A DNA stretch of 64,000 nt from positions 1,240,001-1,304,000 of the forward strand of contig JAUPSS010000004.1 in the NCBI GenBank assembly GCA_040285825.1, read 5' to 3'. Shown piece after piece: positions 24,700 through 36,217 of the stretch. Every line of letters begins with the position of its first letter. Position 1 is the stretch's first letter. Both the position numbers and the translations under genes were made by a program. The DNA comes from Eukaryota sp. TZLM1-RC (Eukaryota > Protista > Metamonada: BaSk clade). The notes beneath the pieces are model-generated. The model ran no database searches. It saw only the letters and a list, made by a program, of their open reading frames with translations, and was not told where the DNA came from.

Positions 24700-25560
24700 T
24701 TGTGGGAAAATCGGAAACTTTTATACACTTTGAAAAGTTGGAGAAATAATTTTTTATGGTTAAAGTACAATGTCAATTCTGCAATGCCCATAGTTGTGAG
24801 AATTTTTGCTTTTTTAAATTTAAAGAAATTTACAGAAATGCCAACACACTTATGAAGGACAAAAATCAATTTTCAATGAACAATGTCATATTAAATTCAT
24901 ACAATATGAACATTTATCATCACTGGTTGTCCTTGTTGAATGATCTGCCTCCCAGAATCATTGAGTTTACAATTAATTTTTCCTTGAATGTATTACCTAC
25001 TGCTGAAAACATATATCGATGGGGAATTTGTTGGAAAATGCCTGATTGTTCTAAACTATTGCCTCTAGTGTGCCCATTTGTCAATCTAAACCTGCTACGA
25101 TGTGTCACATTTAATGCATTTGTCCAAATTATTATATCCTAGAAACAAACATGAGATCTAAATTGAGACATAATTCAATTCCAAATAGTTATGTTAACCT
25201 CTTTCGTACTTTCCTAGATCATGATCATCTGTATTGATATTTTCCTTATCGCACAAGTCATTGTATAAATTTTCCTTTAGTTTTTTGGTTGTGACTGGAA
25301 CTGCGCCACCGAACACTAAGTAAAAGATGTTAACATAAAATCATAATTTATTTGAAAAAAACTAATAATTTTATTTAAAAGGGTAAAATGGTAGAAAAGT
25401 GGTTGTACTTTAATGGAATATCATGATCCACACTTTGAAAACAAGAACTCATCTACACAGAAAATTCAGGTAGAAAGAGCTAAAAGTAACATATGGATTC
25501 AGATAGTAGAAGACAGCAAAAGCAAAAGTGAAAAGATGTAGGTGTCTCGCTGGTGAGTTC
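24700..25560 (+). mobile_element. Degraded non-LTR retrotransposon C-terminal remnant of a different clade (HERO/R2-like zinc knuckle)
   Basis: LNVLPTAENIYRWG...C motif followed by decayed knuckle and endonuclease sequence. Confidence 0.5.
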
Positions 25561-25638
25561 CTTAGTGAATCCTGTCTAGGTTTAAGTAAAATTATGTATT
25601 TCCTAATCCACCATGCCTAACCCATATCTACAACCAGT

Positions 25639-25990
25639 ATGCTCTTCGGCAATAAAGAGACGTCAGAATATTACAATGAAATCAAGAGAAGAAATTGTGA
25701 TAGAAATGAATTGGAACCAACAAATATTTCTATCAACTGCAGAATTGGTAAAAGTATCGTACTTTCATTAAAAATACGATGCACAAGAGTAAAAGAAAAG
25801 CAACATCAAAGTTCAAAATCAAAATGGATGATTTAAACAACCACAAAAATAGATAAGCAGTCCCATGGGATCTGATGTATTTTAATCAATACAGCACGTT
25901 CTGCTTTAAATATTCATTTGTTGGCCAAAAACATTCTGCTTAGGGAGAAAGAGAGATCCGAAGTGTTCAAAAGACAACATTCTCAAGTCA
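25639..25990 (+). pseudogene. Highly decayed Fanzor1 C-terminal remnant
   Basis: Manual translation: SHGI*C then INTARSALNIHLLAKNILLREKERSEVFKR, resembling the HGLLxC...NRDxxAAxNI...RPxxFxR tail. Confidence 0.55.
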
Positions 25991-26540
25991 ATGTTTTAGA
26001 AGTTCTACCAGTCATGCTGAAGGAAACCCATTTTGCCTTCGTAACTACTGTACATCCAAGGTACATGTGTCGTTTTTACCCTCCAAGATCATGATATGGA
26101 GGAGTGGTTTTCTCGAAGAGCTTAAGCACAACTCATTGTTTTCAAATGTGGAGCAGTGGAAATAACTTTGTTTTATCACAAAAACCACAGTCTATTTAAT
26201 TATTATTGGATTCTCCATTAGAAATAACTTTGTTTACATTTTGGATAAGAAGGAACAAGTTTGAGCATAAAAGTTTGATTGCTATTCACAAATTCCAAAT
26301 TCACTTGAATTCAGGTTGGCGAAGCACATTCATTTTGTGTTCAGCTGAATTTGGGTTGTCTCCTGACAGTGTTTTGATTAGTGTTGGAACCACCGACTTA
26401 GATCGTCGACTAGTCAAATGCCTGGTCTGAGTTTACTGTGGTCAAATGAAAACAAAAGCTGGATTTCATTTGACCGACCCAAATTATGTCGGCAACAATG
26501 GTGGTTTTGAAACACCAATCACACTTTTCTTCACCATCCA

Positions 26541-28394
26541 ATGCCAAGATTACCTTCCTTGCTCCACCAAAACTCTCCTCTCACTCAAAATCCAAGACCT
26601 TCTTTCAGTCGTCGTACTCGTTCTCGCCTCCTTCCCAAACCAACATCTCAACTTGACTCTCTTCAGCATTCCTTTAACCAAACCCTATCGCGTTGCTCCA
26701 ATACTCGTCCACCTTCAGGTTCTTATCTTGAAAAGTATAAAGTCATTTGCCAAGAAGATCTCAGTTTGGAAGGAATTCCTGGATCTTTCGTCATGTCATC
26801 ATCTAGAAAGTCCAAAGATCTGTCAAAATCACGTATTTCTGAAGCTCAGTCTCATCCAGTCAATACAGTCAATGAAATTCTCAACTCATCACGTGATGTA
26901 ACACGTCAGTACACGTCACGACCTCGTACCAGTTCTAGTTGTTGTCATCGGTTACATCGTTGGGAGTTAAAGAGCAAGGTCTCTACCCCGGAAACGAGAA
27001 GTCTATCCAGTCGAGTGATCAGCAGCAGGGGGTTAAAAACTGGTAATCGATCACGTCATGGATTGGTGATGAAATGCTCTCAATCGGAAACTCAGTTAAC
27101 TACAATAGGGAATGAGATGAACGAATTATCGGATATTGGTCTGGTTGAGCAATCAGATTTGATTGATCAACATGATTTGATTAAACATTCGATTGATGAA
27201 GAGGTGAGGGAGTTAAATACAAATAATCAATCAAAATCAACCAATCAATCAAGTTCGGCTAAGAAACCGCCTGAAACAGGTCAATTTGACAACCCTGATG
27301 AAAATTTGGATAGTGATGGCATAAGGACCAAATCTTCTATTGATTGCCATAGCGGTCCTTTTAATCAATCAAATTCAACCAATCAATCAAACCCAAAAAC
27401 TCATTGTTCGTCACCAACACCAAGCCCAAATCCTCAATCAAATGATTGTCCTACTGAGAATTTGGATCCTGTTGCTGTTGAAGGTGATTCAATTGAAGGA
27501 GGGTTGGTAGCCGATGATCCTGCTGACCACAATAGTCAATCAATTAGTCAATCAAATTCCAGTAATGTTGATCTAGATGACGTTTCAGTTACCAGCTATG
27601 TTGATGATTCTGAAGTTTGCACTATCCAAGACTCTAACCCTAACCCTAAGTTTTCTGATGGCATTCAAGACTCTCCAGTGGATGTGGAGCAAGACGATTC
27701 TTTAGAAGGTGGCAAAGATCAATCAAATATGATTGATAGTGTTTATGAAAGTTTGCAAGTTGTACATGAGGAATATCCTTCAATTGAATCAGAAAATCAA
27801 TCAATTGACCAGTCAAAAACTGCTGATTATGATCTTGATGATGATTTTAAAGCTGTTAATGAATCAGAAAATCAATCAAATGACCAGTCAAAAACTACTG
27901 ATTATGATCTTGATGATGATTTTGAAGCTGTTAATGAATCAGAAAATCAATCAAATGACCAGTCAAAAACTACTGATTATGATCTTGATGATGATTTTGA
28001 AGCTGTTAATGAATCAGAAAATCAATCAAATGACCAGTCAAAAACTACTGATTATGATCTTGATGATGATTTTGAAGCTGTTAATGAATCAGAAAATCAA
28101 TCAATTGACCAGTCAAAAACTGCTGATTATGATCTTGATGATGATTTTGAAGCTGTTAATGAATCAGAAAATCAATCAATTGACCAGTCAAAAACTGCTG
28201 ATTATGATCTTGATGATGATTTTGAAGCTGTTAATGAATCAGAAAATCAATCAATTGACCAGTCAAAAACTGCTGATTATGATCTTGATGATGATTTTGA
28301 AGCTGTTAATGAATCAGAAAATCAATCAATTGACCAGTCAAAAACTGCTGATTATGATCTTGATGATGATTTTGAATTTTTATCAGATGATTAA
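26541..28394 (+). CDS. Low-complexity protein with basic N-terminus and acidic tandem-repeat C-terminus
   Basis: 617-aa ORF with eight 25-aa repeats. Confidence 0.75.
   Translation: MPRLPSLLHQNSPLTQNPRPSFSRRTRSRLLPKPTSQLDSLQHSFNQTLSRCSNTRPPSGSYLEKYKVICQEDLSLEGIPGSFVMSSSRKSKDLSKSRISEAQSHPVNTVNEILNSSRDVTRQYTSRPRTSSSCCHRLHRWELKSKVSTPETRSLSSRVISSRGLKTGNRSRHGLVMKCSQSETQLTTIGNEMNELSDIGLVEQSDLIDQHDLIKHSIDEEVRELNTNNQSKSTNQSSSAKKPPETGQFDNPDENLDSDGIRTKSSIDCHSGPFNQSNSTNQSNPKTHCSSPTPSPNPQSNDCPTENLDPVAVEGDSIEGGLVADDPADHNSQSISQSNSSNVDLDDVSVTSYVDDSEVCTIQDSNPNPKFSDGIQDSPVDVEQDDSLEGGKDQSNMIDSVYESLQVVHEEYPSIESENQSIDQSKTADYDLDDDFKAVNESENQSNDQSKTTDYDLDDDFEAVNESENQSNDQSKTTDYDLDDDFEAVNESENQSNDQSKTTDYDLDDDFEAVNESENQSIDQSKTADYDLDDDFEAVNESENQSIDQSKTADYDLDDDFEAVNESENQSIDQSKTADYDLDDDFEAVNESENQSIDQSKTADYDLDDDFEFLSDD
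27786..28376 (+). repeat. Coding tandem repeat, 75-bp unit x8 (last unit partial)
   Basis: gaatcagaaaatcaatca recurs at 27786, 27861 ... 28311 and encodes ESENQS(I/N)DQSKT(A/T)DYDLDDDFEAVN. Confidence 0.97.
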
Positions 28395-28724
28395 TCTCCT
28401 AGTTATTTTAAGTTCGTTTTGTATTTTAAATCTAGTTTTTTTAGTATTTCTATAAATGTAGTTATTTATACATATTTTAATAAAATTAATTCAATGTTTT
28501 CATTTTCTATATTCGATCACTTTTGATGTTGTGCCAAGATGTTTTGTTTCGAAAATCATCATCGACTTCACAACAAAGTCAATTAATTTTTCTCAATTAT
28601 TTTTAGAATTTTCACTTTAATTTCAAGTGTTTGGCATTATAAAAGTCAATAATATTGATTTCATGTCTTTATGAATAAATAAGAATATTTACATTTACAC
28701 CAAAATAATTTTCTAAAGAAATAC

Positions 28725-29420
28725 TCTTTCCTGTGCTTTTCAAAGCCACATTTGTTTCAATCAAATCCTTATCAGGTGGATATTGAAGCCATGGTGGAAC
28801 ACCAAATAATTCAACTAGGCGTCAATTCTTGATGTATCAGATTCAACTACATTTAGGTTAACATTGTTGGAGAATTTGGTAGACGAAACTGAAAAAAGAA
28901 GCTCTTTACGTCTTATTAATTGAGCAAAATTTAAATAGGGTCACGTTTGTTGAGGGATGTTTGTAGGAACTGTACCACCAATTATCGTTTGCTTCAAGTT
29001 TGGTATTTTGATTTGTAGAGGGAGGAATTTGTCAAAGGAAATTACCAATCTAACTAAAGATTGAGGTAGAGTTACTTGGCCTGTGATAATGAATTCTATC
29101 AAATCTTCAACCTCAACTGATAATAATGTGAGATAGCTTAAATCAGCCACCTAACTGCCAATCTGAACTAACTGACTTCACTAGTGGAGTGGGTAATTGT
29201 TCTATAGCAAAGTGATAAAGCAGATCTATTCCGTTCAGATTTATCAAATGTGCCAACTGTGAAACAAAAACTTTATCGCATTTGAATGATCATTAAGCTT
29301 AACAACCTCAACTTTTAAAAAATGACAATAATTGACAACTATATTCAAAGTCATCCTATTGAACATCATGGTTTTCAATTGTTGAACTTATAAATGTGGC
29401 ACCATTATAATCAGTAGGTG
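28725..29420 (-). pseudogene. LRR-region remnant of the RCC1-LRR family
   Basis: EQLPTPLVKSV, ADLSYLT, LPQSLVRL and PPWLQYP motifs. Confidence 0.7.
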
Positions 29421-29573
29421 GTCAAAATTAAAGATCAAAAAATAATTTCAATTCTAATTTCAATTTATTATAATTAGGTTTGTGGACTTCTCAAAAACAT
29501 CTTTTGAATCTGATAAAAATACAAAAAAATTATAACAGAAAGAGTGAACTGTAAACGTCAACTGAAGTGCTGC

Positions 29574-31436
29574 TCACTGCCGAGTAAAGCGAAATTCACA
29601 CAGTAGATTTTTGTTCAAATGTTCGGCCAAATCTTCACTCTTGACACATAGCTGTTTTGTGAACTTATCACTCCTTACACGATCAATAGAACCCCTTATA
29701 TTACTGCAGACTTCAAAATCAAACTCATCTGATGGATTGAAAAACTGGAACTTGTTGTCAGAAATTGGACCAATCAGAGACAAATTTTGAACTCGCTGTG
29801 ACATATCTTTCTCCTTTTTTCCATCAGAACGAAAATAGGTCACTGCCTGAGACCATTCAGAACGAGTTCCGTTATTGCACTGATGATCAAGTTGATGACA
29901 TGAACTCATATAGGCAGAAGAAATTTTGTAAACCAAAACAGAACATTCTGTGCGCACGAATGAAGCTTTTGGTGCGAAACCCCAAGATCTGGCATATAAA
30001 GGTGATTGTGTAAGGTAAAAAAATGGCTCGCATGATTTGTGAAAATCACCCAATCCATCTGGATTCATAAAAAGATTTATACCTCTATCCATAATTACCT
30101 TTGCAGAGTTGGTTGTTGTTCCATGAAACCAAATATGCTCATCCGACGCCAGATCTTTCTTTATTTCTCCTACAATACACTTTAACTTTTCGTCGTCTCC
30201 AGCGCCAAGTCTATGAAAATTAGAATCAATTGCTGAGACGTTTAAATCTGAAATCTCTTGACACACTGAGTCAAATGATGCTGACTCCACATTAGCACAA
30301 TTAGTGGTTCCAAAAAGATTAGCACACAAGAGTAATAGGGAATGATGTGTGGGTTCCTTGCTGCAATAGTTTTTAAGAAATTCAGTGAGCATTTCACTCA
30401 CATGGGGTTTGAGACATAAATGAGTAACTAAAAAGTCGATATCTTTCTTGGCATTGTGCAAATTGTCTACTAAACTTGTGGATTGGCGAAAGACCTCAAA
30501 TGTAATACTAGAAATATCCATATTAAGAGAATCAATAATAGAACAATCAAACCATGTGGGCAAATCAAATCCAAACAAAGACAATGGTGATTCTTCAATG
30601 CTTTCACCGTTTAACAAATCAAAGACTTTGTTTGTTGCATCTGATAAAATCGAAGCTAGTTTCTCCAAAATGGTTTGTTTCAATTCACTAGATATCTGGG
30701 CCAAAAAGAGCTGGCAAATACCAAGTTGCAGAATGGGATATAACCCCATAAACAAAGACTTGTCATCAACGTGGAGCTGGGACAAACCTTGTAGATGAAC
30801 TTCCAATTGATTTTCATCGTTGTCTAAGAGAGTATAAAATAATGATTGCAAAATCTCAACTGCAGTAGAACTGCAAATTAAAGTTTCAGTTGCCTTATGT
30901 TGCCATGCTCTAGCAGCTTTATCAACATCGGCAATTATGTTATGCAAATGTGTCAAATCAGTAGTTGATAATCCCAACTCCGTTTGTGATTTTGACAATG
31001 AATTATAAAACGCACGAATACCTTCACAAAATGAATGGGCTACGGCACGTTTGCGACAGCCTAAGTGAAAAGAAGAAGGAACAACAATGGAAGAATAACC
31101 AGCCAATTCCTGGCGGAACCTACTTAGAAGATTATTGCGTTGGGCAAAAAATGTTGCAGAACCAAAACGGCTGATGAGCGAATTGAGTGAGCTTGACTTG
31201 TCTAATAGAGGAAGATGAGCCAAAAAGAAACCAAAATCTCCTTGAATGACATCATTTAGAGACACTTCAACCTTTTCACGACAGAGAGGGCAAGATACAG
31301 TTCCATTGGTTTCTGAAGAACCGGAGATCAGATCAAAAAGACAAAGAAGGCAGAAGCAGTGATCAACAGAGGTGGAATGCAGAACAATCAGCTCATGAGA
31401 AGGCCGAAACAAACAAATAGGGCAGTGATCTGACAT
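29574..31436 (-). CDS. RING-finger plus C-terminal ADP-ribosyltransferase-like (DUF3990-like) protein
   Basis: N-terminal CPIC...HCFCLLC...CPLCR. C-terminal WFHGTT...GDF...FFYLT...ARSW...IGPIS...QLCVKS. Confidence 0.7.
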   Translation of the reverse strand: MSDHCPICLFRPSHELIVLHSTSVDHCFCLLCLFDLISGSSETNGTVSCPLCREKVEVSLNDVIQGDFGFFLAHLPLLDKSSSLNSLISRFGSATFFAQRNNLLSRFRQELAGYSSIVVPSSFHLGCRKRAVAHSFCEGIRAFYNSLSKSQTELGLSTTDLTHLHNIIADVDKAARAWQHKATETLICSSTAVEILQSLFYTLLDNDENQLEVHLQGLSQLHVDDKSLFMGLYPILQLGICQLFLAQISSELKQTILEKLASILSDATNKVFDLLNGESIEESPLSLFGFDLPTWFDCSIIDSLNMDISSITFEVFRQSTSLVDNLHNAKKDIDFLVTHLCLKPHVSEMLTEFLKNYCSKEPTHHSLLLLCANLFGTTNCANVESASFDSVCQEISDLNVSAIDSNFHRLGAGDDEKLKCIVGEIKKDLASDEHIWFHGTTTNSAKVIMDRGINLFMNPDGLGDFHKSCEPFFYLTQSPLYARSWGFAPKASFVRTECSVLVYKISSAYMSSCHQLDHQCNNGTRSEWSQAVTYFRSDGKKEKDMSQRVQNLSLIGPISDNKFQFFNPSDEFDFEVCSNIRGSIDRVRSDKFTKQLCVKSEDLAEHLNKNLLCEFRFTRQ

Positions 31437-31809
31437 AAGTAAGAGGAATTGGTTGTCTTGGTGTGGAGAGGCAGCGAAGATGACTCATCTTAGATGAGCA
31501 AATCTTTTGAAAGATTATGCTATCCTTTAACATTATTTTTATGTTGAGTTCCATTATTCTTGGAGCACGTGTTGAAGCACTTCAACATATTTCTATTTTT
31601 GCAGAAGTCGCTCCTTTGTTTGAATTTCTGTTCACTCATCATTGGTTAGGAAAACTGATTTTATATCCTCGTGTTCATAGTTGAAACAAGGTGACCCAAT
31701 GAGATTTTTTCTTTGTTAATCCAATTTTTGTTCAACTCAAGTCACAATATCCAAATCATGAAATTGTGGTATAAATGGGTGTTGTTTCCTTAATATGTCC
31801 TTCTCTTAT

Positions 31810-31998
31810 TGTTCATGTGCTATATAGGTTATAGTTATATTTGTGTATTAGTAGTTACAGTATCACGTGATGCCACGTCATCACTTATTTATCTAGACTC
31901 TTGTTCAAATTCTCCTGATTATTCACACCCTTGTGATAAACACCCTGATTTCTGTTTATTACCTCGATGCATCCCCATATTGACCCAACACATGAACA
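31810..31998 (+). repeat. Solo LTR-like element related to the Gypsy family B LTR
   Basis: Terminal inverted repeat TGTTCATGTG/CACATGAACA, internal similarity to 10881-11077. Confidence 0.6.
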
Positions 31999-32669
31999 AG
32001 AAATTTGTTTGAAATTTTAGCTTTTCGTATTGGTTTTGATCTTTATCCTTCCAAATGCCCAGTTCTTGGTAGACATAATGATCCTGTCTTTTTTGCGAAA
32101 ATCGAATTGCCATTTGTGAATTCTGATGATGATTGCAATGAGTTGTTGGGAACATTGATTAGGTATTGAAGAATGTATTGCTCAATCACTTCAACAAAAA
32201 CAAGAAAAAGCTTCTGTCTGAACTCAAACAAACTCTTGTTTCAAATTGCCAATTTGGTGAGTTCTTATTCTGTTATTTTTATGGCTTCATCATATAGCAT
32301 GATGCGGCGCTCTTAGACTAGTGAAATAACTAAACGATCAGAATTCAGTAGCCCAAGTTGTTGTAACATGTCTACTTTGAACCTGGTATATTGACTGTGT
32401 TGTATTGAAATTTTGTTCGTGATACTACTAAAATTGAATGTCAGAAGTCCACTTATGAACGAATTGGCTGCTACATTGCTAGAAGGAAAATGTTTTCTAT
32501 GTTTTTTTTGTTTTCATTTGATTTCATTTATGGAGAGTGAACCCATACAATTTGTATCCATTTGTATTTTTTCTATTTGGTTCACTTGCTCTAACGGTTT
32601 TACGTATTGTACCAGATTTTAAAATGATTGATAAATCAAAGGATCCATAGGAATTTTTTTTCAGAATTT

Positions 32670-33040
32670 TATTTTTATTCAACAACAAATATGAAATACA
32701 CAATTAAAACTCCACATCCTCAAAACCTGCCTCCCCTACATCAAAACAATTAATTGCTAAAGATTCAGAAAATTTCCCAAAAGAAGATAGTGAATCAGAA
32801 ATTAGTTTTACCATTCCCTTAAAAATAGAAAATACAATCCTGTTTTGCCAGTAAACACGATTGAAAACCGTTCCAGTTCTTTCCTTTACAACTACAACAA
32901 AATCCTCAAGGAAAGCCATAGCAGCCTTACCTAGAGATCCAAGCAAAGAAAAAACAAATGGACATAAATTATATTGGGCATGAGAATTTTCATTAACCGA
33001 GGAATTGGGTTTCGCATATTTAGCAATTTTATATTTTTCA
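32670..33040 (-). mobile_element. RLE 3' fragment (family ending EDVEF)
   Basis: KYAK...CPFVFSLLGSLG...WQNRIVFSIF. Homologue at 60865-61510. Confidence 0.8.
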
Positions 33041-33064
33041 ATATATATCAATAGGAATAGTAAA

Positions 33065-33235
33065 TTACTGGTACATCAGAACGGTGTTTTCTATCTTTAA
33101 GGGAATGTTGAAGTTGGTTTCTGATGCTTTGCTTTCTTCTGGATTTCACAATGAGAGAGTTGCATGTAGTTGTATTGTTTTTTGGAAGAGATGGATTATT
33201 GAAATGTTGATTTATAAGTTTTTTAATAAATAAAT
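33065..33235 (+). mobile_element. RLE extreme 3' fragment (family ending VDL)
   Basis: Similar to 53620-53790 and 48000-48030. Confidence 0.55.
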
Positions 33236-34146
33236 ATAATGAAAAATAATAATGGTGCCATGAAGTTAATTCATAAATTATTTATTTATTTATTAATATT
33301 TAATTAAGAAATTTCAGTTAGATGATTGGTGTTTGGAGTCGAAAGTTTCCGATCGATCGGTTTCAAACAAAGTGTCCATCTAAAGGTAAAAATGTAGGAA
33401 AACACTTGACATATGCCGGATAACTTAGTCAATGAGGCTCTTAGTTCAAAAGACGTCATTGCTGTACTAAAAAATTAGGGAAAAAGGGGAATTGTTTTTT
33501 GGGACAAAATGATGACCAATTCTCTGAAAAAAAATTGATCTCAATTGAATATAGAGACGGTTGTCAGAAAAAGTTTTGAACATTATGTGTAGATTCAAAT
33601 GCAGTACAAGAAAAGATTAAAGTCGCGTTGAGATAAATAGAAGACCTCGTTATAGGTATAAGTAGTATAGACAAAGAAGGAAAAGAAGAAGAATTCTAAT
33701 AATGAAAGGAAGATGAATCTGAAAGTGTAACCAACAAGAGGGTAAGAAATGGAATTTCAAAGCTCTTTGAAACTATTGTTTAAAAATAATATTTGTTTCT
33801 TGGAATAAGTGACTATGATGTTAGGCAAGTAGTTTCAAAGGCTCTGAGACAGTGTATTCAATGCAATTTGATCTGGAATTAAGAAACTAACACAGTTCTA
33901 AATATTCCTTTCTTGGCTGGAGACATGCTGACTGAAAGAGATAGACCATATGATATTGACCCCTGATGAAAGCTGGAAAGATATGAAAGATCTCACGAAA
34001 AAGATTTGATGACACACTGGCACATTAATGAGACCGATTCTACAACTAAACAACACAATATTCGGCTGGAAAAGAAACAAAAAGTATCATGAATTGAGTT
34101 GAAGAAGTTCAACTATCAAACTTGCTTCTACATCTGAGTTCCTCAA

Positions 34147-35193
34147 ATGGCTGATAAAGCTCCCACCCTGACACACTGTCTTATCTCCCACAAAAAGTCA
34201 TGTACTGGGATTGTCCACATAGGAGACAATTCTCACATCATCAGTTCGAGTGAAGATGGTACTCTTGTCCTCTGGCATCTCAGTGGATCTCAAGGTGTAC
34301 CCCTCTTCGTTCTCCCATTTCCCTGTGCCATCGCCTCCATTTTTTACGCATCTAAGCTCAATGCCATTGCTGCTGGTCTTGAAAACGGCCATGTCGCCAT
34401 CATCAAGGTCTGCGAGCGCTCCCTCGAACCTGTCGCTCACGTCAAGGTCCATTCCAAGAAGGTTTCTGGCGTTGCATTTGACCCAGCCCATGACCGCTTT
34501 ATCACCGTAGGACACGACAAGAAACTCTCACTGTTTGATTGCCCCGAGCTCCCCTCCTCTGATGCCACTTTTGACGTTCGTTCCTTCACCATTGCCTCTG
34601 CATGGCCTGGTTGCCTCACCGTTACCCCTAGTGGTGACCGTGTTTACATCGGTACATATGGAAGAGACGTAATTGCTGCTGATATCATTGATGGCCAAGT
34701 TGAAGTTGTTGGTGCTCTCCATGGACACCGCGGCAGTGTCCGCTCTTGCGTTTTTGACCCGGTGACTTCCTTCCTCATGACTGGTTCCTTTGATAAACTT
34801 GTCTTTGCTTGGGAAACCAACGTTCGTGTTGTCTCTTCCATTCGCCCCATTGCTAAGCTCTCCGCTCATTTCAAGAAAGTTAAAGCTATGGCAATTGAAC
34901 CTACCGACAGAGTTCTTGTATCAGCATGTGACGGTGGTATGATTGCCTGTTATGAACTAAGATCTGGTAAAAGGGTTCGATTCTTCAAGGGTAGTGGTAA
35001 TAAGGTACTGTCACTGTGCATTATTGGTAATAGGTTAGTGTCTGGTGATTCGAAGGGAGTACTGAGAGTGTGGGATCTAGGTGATGACGGTGTTGCCGAG
35101 GTTGAAGTTGGTCATGATGTTGTTGAGGAAAAGCAGGAGAGTGGGGAAGAAGTTAGTGAAGAAGAGGTGGATGATGTAGTTGTTGCTGAATAG
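34147..35193 (+). CDS. WD40-repeat beta-propeller protein
   Basis: GH...WD/WE/FD repeats, acidic tail, GC-rich host-type codon usage, downstream AATAAA. Confidence 0.92.
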   Translation: MADKAPTLTHCLISHKKSCTGIVHIGDNSHIISSSEDGTLVLWHLSGSQGVPLFVLPFPCAIASIFYASKLNAIAAGLENGHVAIIKVCERSLEPVAHVKVHSKKVSGVAFDPAHDRFITVGHDKKLSLFDCPELPSSDATFDVRSFTIASAWPGCLTVTPSGDRVYIGTYGRDVIAADIIDGQVEVVGALHGHRGSVRSCVFDPVTSFLMTGSFDKLVFAWETNVRVVSSIRPIAKLSAHFKKVKAMAIEPTDRVLVSACDGGMIACYELRSGKRVRFFKGSGNKVLSLCIIGNRLVSGDSKGVLRVWDLGDDGVAEVEVGHDVVEEKQESGEEVSEEEVDDVVVAE

Positions 35194-35713
35194 GTTTATA
35201 TAATTGTAAAGAATAATAAATTATTTATGGGTTAATTATTATTGCTTCAACTAATAATAAGAATTTCATGAAATTGGAGAAATTTATGTAACAAACAGCT
35301 CAGCGTGCGAGAAGCGTGCGAGAAGATTATCTTTGTCATTTGTAACAATCAGATAACAATGACGTTGAAAACATAGTCTGAGATTGCATTGATCAATTGG
35401 ATCATGATTATTGGATTGATTGTTATCATCAATCTCTAAAATTTCAAACTCAATTCAGCAATTCCTTTCAATAACCAAGACTCCTTCAGGGTAATATCGT
35501 GAACAGAATAGGTAGATCAGCCAAGCAATTGGTGATTCGATTGGTTAATTGATTTGTATTTAATTGGTGCTTCTTAATTGTTTAAGTTGCTAGTCATTCC
35601 AAATAAAATAGAATTTTACAGAAAACAACAAAACAAAACCAAAAATTTATGCAAAACTAATTCAAAAATTAATTGAAGAAAAAAACTAAATCAAACCAAA
35701 TAAATAAATCAAA

Positions 35714-36217
35714 TTAACAACAGTCTAAAGAATCCTCGGCAATTCTGCGCTGTCTACTCTTATACTTTTTAAAATTATCTCTAAACAAAACAGCCGCATC
35801 AACATTAGCTGGAGAATTGGGGTTGGGCTCAACCAAGACATTGACAATAGATATCAGGACACTCTCTATTGAATGGGCTGGAGACCACCTTTCATCTGGA
35901 TGTTCTCCTGAGAGTTCAATGTCCTGGGTGTCAGAAGCCGAATGGAGGATAGAGATGCACATCTTACCGTCGGGGTATACGTTAGGATGGTACATTGGGG
36001 TAAGAAACTTGAATTCGGGTGGAGAGTGGGGAAAGTCATCTGGGAAAGACATAATACCACGTAAAAGGCCACCTTCTAGCGGGCTGTTTTGTGGTCCGTA
36101 TATGGTAACAGCCCAACGGTAAATGTTATCACCATCTAACCCTATGTATATACCATTTATAGGCCTGGATTGGTAGTGGGAGAACTGTTTTTGAAGGTAT
36201 ATAAGGGATGGTTTCAT
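35714..36217 (-). CDS. Ubiquitin-conjugating enzyme E2, Ubc7/Cdc34 class
   Basis: HPNVYPDGKMCISILH with active-site Cys, acidic loop insertion, ERWSP, SPANVDAA. ATG at 36217 gives a typical E2 N-terminal helix. Confidence 0.93.
   Translation of the reverse strand: MKPSLIYLQKQFSHYQSRPINGIYIGLDGDNIYRWAVTIYGPQNSPLEGGLLRGIMSFPDDFPHSPPEFKFLTPMYHPNVYPDGKMCISILHSASDTQDIELSGEHPDERWSPAHSIESVLISIVNVLVEPNPNSPANVDAAVLFRDNFKKYKSRQRRIAEDSLDCC

Noticed and set aside
27634-27650. Telomere-like CTAACCCTAACCCTAA
   Set aside because: Only about two units, encoding SNPNPK inside a CDS. The CCCTAAT repeats at 14665-14690 are likewise too short.
27786-28376. Possible CRISPR array
   Set aside because: Units are contiguous near-identical 75-mers with no unique spacers, and they are in frame within a CDS.
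27733-28455. 240-aa alternative-frame ORF (MILMMILK repeats)
   Set aside because: Shadow frame of the tandem repeat.
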